64,000 nt of DNA from Nemertoderma westbladi (Eukaryota > Animalia > Xenacoelomorpha), in NCBI GenBank assembly GCA_032718475.1, contig JAUCBJ010006848.1, forward strand, positions 8,143 to 72,142, given 5' to 3'. Shown here in pieces: positions 38,196 to 50,680 of the stretch (position 1 is its first letter; the number at the start of each line of letters is the position of its first letter). Below the pieces are notes generated by a model. The model had not been told where the DNA came from, did not search any database, and saw nothing but the letters and a program-made list of their open reading frames with translations. Both the position numbers and the translations under genes were made by a program.

Positions 38196-38390
38196 AAGTT
38201 TAAATATGAAGCGAGTATGAAAGATGTCGTTCGCGGCGAATACATATTAAAATCGAGTTATACTGGCGTGTTTACGTGTTTGCGTGTTTACGTCTTAATT
38301 TAGAAAGCTCAATTTAATTTAATTATTAAAAAAATGTAAAATATTAAAATATAATAAAGAAATATCTTCCTTGTTTATAAAAAATCTTCA

Positions 38391-39098
38391 TGATTTTTTA
38401 TAAGGATTGACAGAATACGTCGGAAACCTAAGTTCCGATTACTTAGAGCAGCAGTAGTTCCAATACTCCTCTATGGGAGTCCATGCTGTGCTCTAACTGC
38501 TGAGGACACCAAATCTCTGGATCGAGTTATATTGGTGTTGTAAGGGTCTAACTAAGCTACGATTCTAAGTAAAACAAATTCATTTAATCATAAGGCCATT
38601 TCATGTATTAACACACGTCTTCAGTGATATAAATATATATTAAAATGTTTACATAACCTCCATGTCAGCCTAATCTCTCTTTTTACCACTGCTCATAATT
38701 TTATTTATTTTAATTATTTAATAGCATCCTCGTAACCAGGCATATACTGTAAGATAGCCTCGTATTAATTAGTATCTTTTACAGTATATTATTCAATTAA
38801 ATATTAACCGCGTACGTACTTATTTTAAGATGTAAATTATGTAAACATTTAAATATATATTTATATCACTGAAGACGTGTGTTAATACACGAAATTGCCA
38901 TATGATAAAAGGAATTTGTTTTACTTAGAATCGTGGCTTAGACCCTTACAACACCAATATAACTCGATCCAGAGATTTTGTGTCCTAAGCAGTTAGAGCC
39001 CAGCATGGACTCCCATAGAGGAGTATTGGAACTACTGCTGCTCTAAATAATCGGAACTTAGGTTTCCGACGTATTCTATCAATCCTTATGAAAAATCA
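38391..39098. repeat. Inverted duplication, ~265-bp arms
   Basis: 38391-38656 is the reverse complement of 38837-39098; the arms include RTE sequence. Confidence 0.85.
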
Positions 39099-40120
39099 CA
39101 ATCGTTTAGTTAAAGATAGAGATCGCCTGCACTTTGTGCGACGTTCTTTGTACCTGACCAGACTGAATGTAGTTAATCTATAGTCTGCCATAACTTTAAG
39201 ATACCATTTACAACGTAGACATTACTCCGGAATATGTTTTAAAATATTTGCGGTTTATGAGATGTGTCAACAGTGGAAGTGCTAGGTTGGTTATGTTACG
39301 AGCCAGCTAACAAAAGATGTCTGCTAAGTTTGAACGGATTAAAAACTAAAGGAATACAATGTTGAGACAGTTAACAAATATTAATTAAGAATAACACAAA
39401 TAATAGGATTTCATTAATAGGAGTACAAACATTCACACGTCTTTACTTTGTGAGTAGTAGGGTCTTGGTCCTCTCTGCGACAGTTAGACCTAACTGACAC
39501 CCATTGGGTGTCATATGACACCCAATTATCACCCTATGGGTGTCATTGGGTGTCATTGGCGCCAGACTGTCTGGGTGACACCTCCCAATTAGGCTAATTA
39601 GACCCTAATTGACAGGTGTCATCAATTAATTAGTACAATTAAACCCTAACAGGTGTCATATGACTCCTAATTAGGGTTTAATTGATTATCCTAATTAATC
39701 AGACTGATTAGCGCCCCGACACACAATGGGTCATCAGTGATGTCTAACTGTCGCAGAGAGGAGCAAGAGGGTGTCATAAGTGACACCGCAGCTCTTTTAT
39801 TCATTAATACTTATTTATTTATATTTAATTTTAATTAATTATTTGCATTTTATTTTATTCGTATTTATTCATTTGTACTTTATTTTAAATTAATTAATTG
39901 TATTACTTTTACTTTATACATTGATTTCTATTTTTAGATTAATTAGTTTTTATATTACCATTGAGATCACTATGACATAATGTCTATTTTTAGCTCTATG
40001 GTTTATAGTTCCCTTATCGTTAACTTTATAATCTTTCCTCTCGCGGCCCCTTTGTCTTCGTTATTCAATGGCGCCACTCTGTCTACCATTGAATAACATT
40101 GGGCAATCATTATCTCGCCT

Positions 40121-40250
40121 GATGTGACGTCATCAAAGCTGCTCTCTGATTGGTTTAATTATACAGTCTTTTCTCTCTCCTGTTCCCTGATTGGCTAACC
40201 CATTCTAGCCCCCTCTATAATAGCCCCCGTTCACCACATTCCCAATCATT
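40121..40250 (+). promoter_or_regulatory. Promoter of the 569-aa gene (mirror copy at ~54627-54760)
   Basis: CRE TGACGTCA, two inverted CCAAT boxes (GATTGG), TATAATA and TCATT Inr in canonical order. Confidence 0.6.
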
Positions 40251-40341
40251 GTCTCTTTGTTTTCCTGAAAAGTTTTAATTATTTTCGTAAAAGTATTTAT
40301 TTATTTTTATTTCCTAAACGAGTTACCGGTACACAATCACG

Positions 40342-41970
40342 ATGGCACATTCAGAAATCAGCTATTCAAGCAACGATCTGGTTTGCAACGAAAATCAGTT
40401 TATGCTACAAGACAACTCGTTTGGTCTATATTTCGATTCGGCGAACAAACTCTTCCCGTTAACGATAAATACAACCTTAAACCAACCCATCCCGATTCCG
40501 GCAAACTACGCGCACTTTATTTTCCGCGCCTGCTACGAACTTCACGATGGACAATATCAAACCCTCGACGATAATAAACTTCATTCCTCCAACCACGGTT
40601 TCAAACTTTTAAAAAGGGACAACAAAATCACGTTCAATCTAACTACTTCGCCCGAGACGTTTACGATTCCAACTAGTGTCGTCGATTTTATTCGAGAAAA
40701 CATCAACCAAGATGTGGTAAAATCGTCTACTGGGTTTAACCACTCTCGTAACCTCCTTCTTCTCCGATGATCGCTTATTTGATTTTCATAGTATCGCAAA
40801 CTCGATTCTTCTTCTCATCTGGAACTCGTCGACTCCGACCGAGGAAGAGGAGACTCGTTTCTTTAAACTTTTCGACAAGGATGTTCTCGCTTTCGGCGAG
40901 AAATTGAATGAGCTCACATGCTTTTTCGCCAATAAAGTCTCCTATTACTTTGGATTCAATTATAGAGTTGGCACCTATGGAAGTATTAACCCAGTGAAAC
41001 CACTCGAGTTAATAAAGCTGGAAGACACTGTAAACAGTTCATGGATTACATTTTCCGTCGCCTGCGCCAATTTATTTCAACAATATGTAAACATCTGTCG
41101 CCCTTTTATTAATCCTACTACTCACCTTGTCCTAAAACCGGGCAATTGGGTTGCTTTTGACTATTGCACTTTTGGGTTTGCTACAAATATTCGGAACGAG
41201 CGCAATTTAGCGATCACCAATGGCTACGAGGTTGACGATGGAAAGGCTATTGTTTCTTCTAGGGGCCTGATTCTTCTTACACCAACCGAGGTCGGCGAAT
41301 TGAAATGGTTCGATTCAACCATCGAGGATAGTGAATGTGTCTGCTACGATGAACTTAACGTATACAAAGACAACATTTCCGAGCGAATATCGATACAAAG
41401 TTGTATCAGTGATTCAGAAATTGATTTACAGATAACCGAGAGAAAATTTAACGAATCCTTTACTATAGCTAACACGATTCAAGCGCGCGAGGCTCTAATC
41501 AGATTCAAGGCTATGGCTATACAATTTGCTTTCAAACCAAAGCAGATTACGATCCCCAATCACCAACGCTATCTCATAAATAGCAGTATCGCAGCCTTTA
41601 TCTATAAGTTCAAATCCGAAAAATATGTTGGTATCTGGCCCATTTTAATGAAAGACGAAGAGAATACCACTTTTCAGTTCACCAACGGTCTCAATATTAG
41701 GGGCAGCGATTTTCTCGCGATAAATATAACCAACCCACCCAACTCTCACTACTATCTCAGTCCTTACATTCATATCGAGAACAAACCAGCAGAAATTATA
41801 TTCACCAATACGAAAAATACCAACACTATCACCCTATCCAACGACTTTACCATCGCGCGCCTTTTCGAATTACTAAAACGTTCTCTCAGAGAAGGCATAT
41901 TTCTCCCGCAGCAAACACACCTTAATCTATTTCACCCCCCAAGAAAAGGTTATCTCAACAAACTATCAAA
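40342..41970 (+). pseudogene. Left-arm copy of the 569-aa gene, frameshifted and 3'-truncated
   Basis: Near-identical to 50763-52390 reversed; GATGTGGTAAAATCG versus GATGTGGCAAATCG gives a +1 frameshift at ~40718; homology ends at 41970. Confidence 0.9.
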
Positions 41971-43328
41971 CTTTTCGCTTCTGCTGTTGCCATTGCCTCT
42001 GCCATCTTCCTTTCAAGACCCTGTCCAAGTCTAAGACTCATTCTAACACCTTCCAAAATACTATCTGACAGTGCCCGTTTTGTGTCAGACATTTTTGTTT
42101 GTACAGTTGAATGCCTACTGCTATATTACAGTTAAAGCAAGTCTAGTAATTCAGTATCACTGCAAGCCTAGCGATTAATTACCGATACCGTTACTCGGTG
42201 TAACGTGGTATATATACAATATATTAGAATACCGGTATGCTTATAGTATATATATAAGTATTGCAGACTAGGTTTGTCTCAGAATACCGGTATATAATTT
42301 CAGTGCAAATATATACAATTATATAATAAGCCTATTATAGATACCGGTATATCAATTATTTAGGATAATTGAATTTCTGAATGTTAGGGGTTACTTGGTC
42401 ACTTTACTTACTTTATTACCGTTATTTGAGCAGCAGACCAACTGATATTAAGACCTAAGTGTTGTATAATAGGCCTACTATTTTATTAATAGATTTAGTG
42501 GATTTATATGTACCCGTAGGAGGGGTTTTTGTTACAATTTTGAAATAGATGTTACTATTTCTGAGAAGTAATCACTTACACAAAAGCTGTGCGCTCTCAG
42601 TGAAGTGCCACTTGTTGGACACTAAAACAAATAATTCTACTTTCCTAAGTTACTTATCTACGAATTACTTACAATACGGGTGAGATTAAATCTCTAATTA
42701 AACACAACAACAAAAATATTACGTACGAAATTTTTAGGGCAATTTAACAGGGAAACTACGAACCAGTCTAACAAAGGGTTAGAACTTCTGGTTATTACAA
42801 CGGATAGGATACTACGGTATTTGAAAATAATAAGCAGAAGTAAATATACTGCGTTGTCCAGATAGGAAAATACCACCGCCTGACGACCTAAAGCCGTATC
42901 GCTATAGGTACTACGTTATATATCACGGAGTGTTCCTACCTAGAGGTTAATAGTACGAACGTGCCTATCAACCACTTTACAACACAAATATAATGCCTAC
43001 ACTAATTACTTTCGGAAAGCACTAAACCCTAAATTAGGTACAAGTACTTGTAAAACAAATAACCTGCAGTTAAATATACTTGAACAGTTAAAAGAACCAC
43101 AGCATCTGCTGGAGTGACCGGGGCACAAAGTCACCAGTCTTTACCTACGCCAAGCAGCCCGTGTAGTACCGGGGTTAATTTAACTATAACGGTATGTATA
43201 ACAAACACAATTACTGTAGGAACAAACTTGGGGACATGAATGTTGCGAGTAATCGCATAAACTCTGAATAATAAATATTACGCTACCCGTACAAAATACT
43301 CAAATAAAATACAAACTAAATGTTGGCA

Positions 43329-43830
43329 GACTACTATCAAGCCTAAACAAACTACAGTATGTGCAAATTCCAAAATTGTTAGTTAGTATGCGTGCTAATA
43401 CGGTAGTACGACTTATTCTTTAAGAGGGGGTTGACCTTACAACTACGAGTTGCCCCAACTTACTAACTGGCACTTTATCAGACTTACTCTACACACGCAG
43501 CAATTCCTTCAGACCCAACAACAGCCAGACAACAATCCAGCCTACAAAATATCTGAATAATATTACGGTACCTGAACAGACTATACAAACAATACAGGAT
43601 AAACGCTGATGGACTACTATCAAGCCTAAATAAACTACAGTATATGCAGATTCCAAAATTGTTAGTTAGTATGCGTGCTAATACGGTAGTACGACTTATT
43701 CTTTAAGAGGGGGTTGACCTTACAACTACGAGTTGCCCCAACTTACTAACTGGCACTTTATCAGACTTACTCTACACACGCTGTAATCTTTAAGCCTAAC
43801 AACAGTCAGACAACAGTCCAGCCTACAATG
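43329..43830. repeat. Direct repeat, 283-bp period x2
   Basis: GACTACTATCAAGCCTAAA...CTCTACACACGC at 43329 and 43612. Confidence 0.85.
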
Positions 43831-44618
43831 ATCTGAACAATCTGAGCAGACTTACACGTCTTCAGCTCAATATTAACTTACTAGGAAATAAAACTGACAG
43901 AAATAGACCTAAGTAAAATCCCAATAAAAACCAGGCGTCCCCGATTTAATATCGAGACCTACCGGTATACAATAATCAAAATCGAATAATACTAATGTAC
44001 TTATACTGGAAGTACCGGTTAGGACAGTTGGGCCTACAGACCTACAGAAGTACCGGTTCTGGCAGTTGGACCTACTGACCTACAGAAGTACCGGTTCAGG
44101 TTTACCGGTTGACCGGTACTTTGCAACCTTATTGCTTACTGCAATAAGATCAATAACTGTTATTGTACGCGCTTTTGTAGACATTTAGCAGTTTAACCTG
44201 CCAAAATTTATATGTCATTAGTTGGTAAATTGACTTTATAAGATGACAAGATTTAATACAAAATAAACACAACATTAGCCGAAGCCAGCCTAGTGCGCGT
44301 CCATTCACCCGCTGGATATACCCGGGGGGCTGCTGACTGCTGTTTATAGACCCTCTTTCCATGAATAATAACTGCCATCGCTATTGTGTCTTGGTTATCG
44401 CCACTATCTGACCGCTGGTACACTAACACTACCATACTAGTCACTACCGACGGTCTGCTTTATGTTTCACTGACTGATTGCTACAATACAGCAATAGGCC
44501 TAACTGTACAAACACAGTATTGTTGCCTAGTAACCGATTAATACCTACTGTTTTACTTTATTTTTAGCACGTATACAGTATTTTTTATTTTTTATAAATA
44601 ATCAACATATTTTTCTAG

Positions 44619-45600
44619 ATTCAAGATTCAAGATCAACCAATAAAGTCAGCTGCCCCATCTGCGACAAAGAGATGCGGAGCGATCATCTAAAATCTCATA
44701 TTAAAACTCATTTCGTGCAATATAGATGCGACTGCTGCCCGACTTGGTCCTCGGCAAAGAAGACACTGGTTGGCCATCTTATTTCGTGTCCTCAGGGGGG
44801 AACAGGATTTAGTTACGTAAACGAGCCAGCCGATTGCCGCTGCGGGGATTCGCTCACCCTGTCATCCTTTACTGAGCATGAATGCTATACTCGACTTTTT
44901 TCGTGGAAACGCAAAACTCCGACTACCTCCCACTCATCCCCCATCAGCTCTACTCCAGAACAAGTCGGCAGCGGCGGCTCCAATAATGAACCTTCAACTT
45001 CGCGAGATTCTATTTCCCCAAACAATCCCTTTCAACCTCCCTCCAACGGAAGCGCACACGGACGACTGTTTACCTATAACAACGACCTCGCAGAAACAAG
45101 ACTCGATGCTGAATTAACATTAAACGAAAATTTTCCACACATTCAAGAACACGTTAGTAGCCATCTACAAAGTGCTTTGGGAACTTTTTTAAGAGTCTGG
45201 CTTACAATCAATATCGTAATGGAGCGTGAAACCAGCGAGGGATTTCAAATTGAATCGTTCTGTTTTAAATCTAGCGGTAACAATAATCAAATTCTGAATA
45301 ATAGTGACTTTAATAACTGGTTTTCTAGCGCCGTCAATCGTATCGATCAACTGTTAAGCGTGTTTCTCTGTCTCGGCTCGGGTTGGCGCATAATAGCCAT
45401 CGAGCGAATAACTATTGAGATTGCGCGATCCCAACGCAACCCCTATTTAAAGGGTCAAGGCTTCAATAATTCTAAATTATTATTAAATAAAAAATGTAGC
45501 GTAAGCGTAGACTGCCCGCTGGGGGAATGCTTTAAATACGCAGTATTAGCCGCCGCGAATTATAAGAAAATTGATAGAAAACAAAATAATATCAAAATAA
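44619..45600 (+). pseudogene. C2H2 zinc finger plus N-terminal region of a Polinton/adintovirus-type protein-primed DNA polymerase B, truncated
   Basis: In-frame upstream extension gives CPICDKEMRSDHLKSHIKTH; F..LGSGWRIIAIERITIEI and KKCSVSVD...CFKYAVLAA resemble the GSGW...KKAxINIxN.D..CFxWAVLA block that precedes the pPolB exonuclease; acceptor TTTTTCTAG at 44610-44618; catalytic domains absent. Confidence 0.65.
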
Positions 45601-45691
45601 TTTCAACATATACACGGGATACGAGTAGGGATTGAGCCCGTGACCTTCTGTTTTTCCTATTTTGTGTTTAGTTTAGTTACTCTATGTTAAA

Positions 45692-47148
45692 GTGAATTTT
45701 CACCTTATATTTATATGTTAAATTATAAATTTATGTTACAATTATTATTTATATTAAAAAACAGAAATATTCGAGTTATATTGCATTATAAATTTTACAT
45801 TGAAGTGGAATACTTTAGATGTTGGGGGACTCTGGTTTGCGAGGGATATTTGAATGGTGAGTATAACTATCCTTGAGAGCTAGTGCAACGCTATCTCACT
45901 ATGGATGGGCTTTACCACTGTACTCGCATCTGCTCTCTCATTGGCTGCTCGATGCCTCCGATTAAGGGTCTAAGGTCTTCAAGCTGGTCATTTGCTTAGT
46001 TCTCTAATTGGAGGGATGTGAGTTTGGACCCTAGAAGAGCATTTTCCTTTTTCCTAGCTCTTGGTTAACTCTAGCATACACTCTAGCTTTGACTCCCCCG
46101 GCTATAGTTATAGTATGCAACCTTGGGAGTTAATGTGAGAATATATTTCAGTGTATTTCATAGTAATAAAATCGTTTCCATGTGTCCTGCCGGTCCCTGG
46201 TTTAACTTATTTTGTGTTGGATTTATAATGGACGCGAGTAGGGATTGAACCCGTGACCATCTGTTTATCCTATTTTGTGTTTAGTTTAGTCTAGTTATTC
46301 TATGTTTACTTTTTATAATTCCCATAAAACGGGATACGAGTAGGGATTGAGCCTGTGAGCATATGTTTTTCCTATTTTACCTCTTCTTCTCCATCTTTCT
46401 CACTCAAATTTTCCTCATTTTCTAGGGGTAACTGTTTTTGTATCCCTTTCAAAATATTCACAACTTTATGAAATTTATTTTCCATTGGCTGTTTTATATT
46501 TAATATATCACGCTCATCTCTCTTTTTCTTTTCATCTTCACTAAAAATATCTTCGGATTTTTTAAATTTTTTGGTAACGGAGCCATTAGTTTTCCTTTCT
46601 ATATGTTTCCATATGACGAGATAAATTGTCTTGTCTCATTTCTTTATTACAAACCAAACAACTTTCATGGCTATGCATTATATAGCAATGTCATTTGATA
46701 ATATTGAATTTTCACATTATATTTATGTTAAATTATAAATTTATGCTACAATTATTATTTATATTAAAAAACAGAAATATTCGAGTTATATTGCATTATA
46801 TATTTTACATTGAAGTGGAATACTTTAGATGTTGGGGGACTCTGGTTTGCGAGGGATATTTGAATGGTGAGTATAACTATCCTTGAGAGCTAGTGCAACG
46901 TTTTCTCACTATGGATGGGCATTACCACTGTACTCGCATCTGCTCTCTCATTGACTGCTCGATGCCTCCGATTAAGGGTCTAAGACCTTCAAGCTGATTA
47001 TTTGCTTAGTTCTCTAATTGGAGGGATATGAGTTTGCACGCTAGAAGAGCTTTATTCTTTTTCCTAGCTCTTGGTTAACTCTAGCATACACTCTAGCTTT
47101 GACTCCCCCGGCTATAGTGATAGTATGCAACCTTGGGAGTTAATGTGA
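45692..47148. repeat. Direct repeat, ~450 bp x2
   Basis: ~45692-46139 matches ~46705-47149. Confidence 0.9.
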
Positions 47149-47349
47149 GTAAAGACCAAGAGATTAGACTTCAGGCTCCCTCTATTGGTTCATTCTTCTT
47201 AACTTTATAAAATAACTCAACCCGTATTTAAAGTTTCAAAAATTATGACTTAGTCGACTAATTTTCCAAAGTATATTATAAAAACATATAATTTCTCGAA
47301 TAGATAGACCTAATAGTAATAAATAATGTGGGGGTAAATACATTTATAA

Positions 47350-47790
47350 TTAAGGTAACTGTAGCTCGAGACTGGGGCAATCAAGTGTTCTAACTAAAGT
47401 TCTATAGCAACTCCGATAGGCAATGATCGATAATGGTGGGGTCCCTGAGAGTAGATAGAGTGTATTATTCTCCAAATAGTTCCCAGGAAGTAAGAGGCCA
47501 CGTTGCACCTTGCGGTGGTAGGCGTCGAGTTTGTCGATATCCTTTCGGCGTAGGGATCCAATAGTCAGAGTTAATCTGTAGATTATGACAGGGACGGTGA
47601 GTGTGTTCCACATCTTAAAGATGGTCTCTAGGTTGAGCCACCTTGCTGTCCATCCTTTGGTATGGAAAACTTGCGACATCATGGCTATTGTCTGGATAAC
47701 ATTGTGGAGGTTGCTAGCGGGGTTAGAATTTCCCAGTTTGTGTCCGAGGAATTTCAGATGGTTCGACATAGGCAAATACTGTAAGGAGTA
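47350..47790 (-). pseudogene. Old LINE RT C-terminal fragment (RTE-like)
   Basis: LKFLG...KMWNTLTVPVIIY...KLDAYHRK...NNTLY...PPLS pattern. Confidence 0.55.
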
Positions 47791-48042
47791 ACTGTAAGGG
47801 ACAACTGCGCTCCCAATCTCGCTCGCCGGCCGGTCCTCACGCAAATTTAGCCTATGAGAAAATAAATAATTTATTTTATAATTAAATAATAATTTATTAT
47901 TTAAGTAATTGCTTTATAGCCATCTTGGTAATTCTTATAACGTTAAAATTATTGTAATTACTCAAATTAATTTCTATTCAAACTGCATATTGCTTTAACC
48001 TATTTTATTATATCATATTATATAAAGGAATGTTAGTATTAA

Positions 48043-48468
48043 TTAAAACTTATACCATGGTTCCTCCCTAAAATCCTCTGTTTCCTCCCAGTTTTCCTGG
48101 GGAAAAGGGTGAAGGAAACGCTGTTCCTCAGCCGCTGCTATCTCTTTCAGAACATATTCCTGGTACAAATACTGGTCGTACCAGTTGGAGGAGGTCCGAA
48201 GCCCTTCCACACGCGCTTCCTCCAATGCTCGAATCTCGAGCTCTCGATTAACCAAATCCTCCTCCCACGCCATCTCCTCTTCCTGATCCCTCATATAACG
48301 GCCATAGGGAGTGGCCGCTTCCAACCTGCTCTCCATGGTCTGTGTACCGACGCTTCTGGTCATGGTTGTGTTGATAGCGTTGGAAGCAGTGGTGATGGAT
48401 GTAGCTGTGGTGGTGATGGAGACCGATGCCACGGGGGCAGCTAGCTGGGTGTTGGAGGTGGAATCCAT
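48043..48468 (-). CDS. Small acidic protein (141 aa) with an SVGTQT motif, function unknown
   Basis: ATG in ACCATGG Kozak context; TATATAAA at ~48591-48598 and TCAGTT Inr at ~48561-48566 on the minus strand; GC-richer than flanks. Confidence 0.6.
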   Translation of the reverse strand: MDSTSNTQLAAPVASVSITTTATSITTASNAINTTMTRSVGTQTMESRLEAATPYGRYMRDQEEEMAWEEDLVNRELEIRALEEARVEGLRTSSNWYDQYLYQEYVLKEIAAAEEQRFLHPFPQENWEETEDFREEPWYKF

Positions 48469-50680
48469 GGTATTGATTAATTGGTAAATTAACAAGTTTA
48501 AAATTGTAAACGCAAAAGTTTAAAATGTAGAATAAATCACATAAAATTTTTCGAGCTCAAAACTGATGACGAATGAAGGCCCCGTCTCGGTTTATATAGC
48601 ATCAGCGCAGAGGGAGCAACGCAACAGTTTCAACGAGCAGCGGCTTTAATTAAAGGGCTCCCAGTGATAAGTCGTTAGGAGCCAGTAGTAATTATATATC
48701 GGTAATAACTATGGGATATAGCATATGAATGTTAGCCTTATTTGGGCCCTCAAGCTTATTAGCAATAGAGATATCTCGCTTGCCGGCCGGCCCTCATGCA
48801 GATTTAGCGGCGCCAAGGCTAACGGGGCACCTCAAAGACAGTCTGGCTATAGTAGAGTAGAATGGATATACGAGTCCATAGCTAAAATACATCTGCCATG
48901 GAGCCTTCGCGTAGCACTATGCTCACCAATTATATTTATAATTCTCTATCCGCGAAATTTTCAGGAATTTTAAATTTTGGCCGTCGCTTCACGGAAAAAA
49001 TAAAAAGTAAACACAAAATAGGATATACAGATTGTCATAGATTTGATTCCCTATCTCGACCAGAGTCATTATGACCCTCCCCCGATATTTATACAATATT
49101 TTATAGGCCGGTAGTATTGGGGTTATTATGTGACTCATGAAAATAAATCTTAAATACAATACAAATGCTCCATCTGGGTAAAAGTGGATGCAATGTATTT
49201 ACAAATCGAGTGTGGATCAGGATAGTTTTCGTTAAGGTTTCACCTTGGTGAAGTGGAAGCATTGTATTCACATTTCGAGTACCATTTTTATTGAAACTAT
49301 GGGGCATTTTATATTAGCCGATTTTTCAAAATTTGTAAAGTTTTGAGGGTTTTTATAAAAAATATAGGGATTTAGGGATTATCATTCAAATTGACTACGA
49401 AGAAGGCATAGGGATCATTAATGGTGTGCTGAGACTCAGAAATTTTCAGGAAATTTAAATTTTTGCCCTCGCTTCGCGGCATTATGACCCTCCCCCCCGA
49501 TATTTATACAACATTTTATAGCCCGGTAGTATTATGATTAAAGCTACTAAACTAAAACATAACAAAGTGCAATTATCCTATCTGTTCCAACTCGGTGTCA
49601 CTAGTTTAGATAATATACTATAATAATAGTGATAGCAGATGCTTTTAATTTCGCGATGAAATAATGTCAGCAAACGAAATATAGTGAATACATCATAGAT
49701 AGAATTTTAAATTTTGCAGTTGCATGGAGTGATAACCCTTAGGTGAAAGCTAAATTTGCTCTACTTTAATCAAATGGGGCATTAAAGCTACGAGTATATT
49801 TTCCTCTACATCCTCCCTCGATCTTACACAAATCTGGGCAAAAGGCAGTTGAAGGGCTATCATTCCCAACATATGCGGTCCTCCCTTTAATGTTTCATTG
49901 TTCTATTCATAGTCGCCTTTAAGAATTTCTCGGGAAAATAAGGATGAGGGGCTATCACTTTCAACCCCATGCGGCCCTCCCTTTCATGATTTCATTGAAC
50001 TATCCATAGTACGAACAATCAAACCAAAGCCTTTGAATATCCTCGCGGCTTATCAGCGGCGCCATGGCTAACGGCTTAATATTAACAGTGAAGCATCTAA
50101 AAGACAGAGTGTCTATGATAGGACAGAACAGCGTACTTACAGCCTAGAGGTGGTCGCCCTGAAAACTTTGCTCGCCATCAATACATACAAAGCATCGCTT
50201 GATGGATAGAGTAATAGGGTGGATATTTTCATTTTGGTGAATATAATTTATAGCATTAATCACGAAAATCGCTAAATAATATATTTTAATTAAAATCAGC
50301 TCTGATAAACAACTTGCATATCGAGTTTGTAAAGAATTCATAGGGATTGGCTGTTTATTTAGGGGTTAACATTCAAATTGATTACGAAGAAGCAGTAGGG
50401 GTCATTAATGGTATGCTGAGACTCACTTACTTCATGGCTCGCTCTCATAGAATAGATTAACTAGTAGAGAAAAATGAAAAATAAGTGGTTAAACATCTTA
50501 TATTTTTTAAACAATATGGGGAAACAAGAATAAATAATTTACCGACAACATCAATATTAAATAATATAACAACAACAGATAAATAATTTACCAACAACAT
50601 TAATAATAAATAATATAAGAACATCAACAATAACAAAAGATATAGTGAGAACAGTTTTTATTAAATAGAGACTGTTTATA

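Noticed and set aside
40904-42034. Separate 142-aa and 376-aa genes
   Set aside because: They are the two halves of the frameshifted copy of the 569-aa ORF.
45692-47148. 450-bp direct repeats as LTRs of a TRIM
   Set aside because: No clear TG..CA ends, adjacent PBS/PPT or TSD found.
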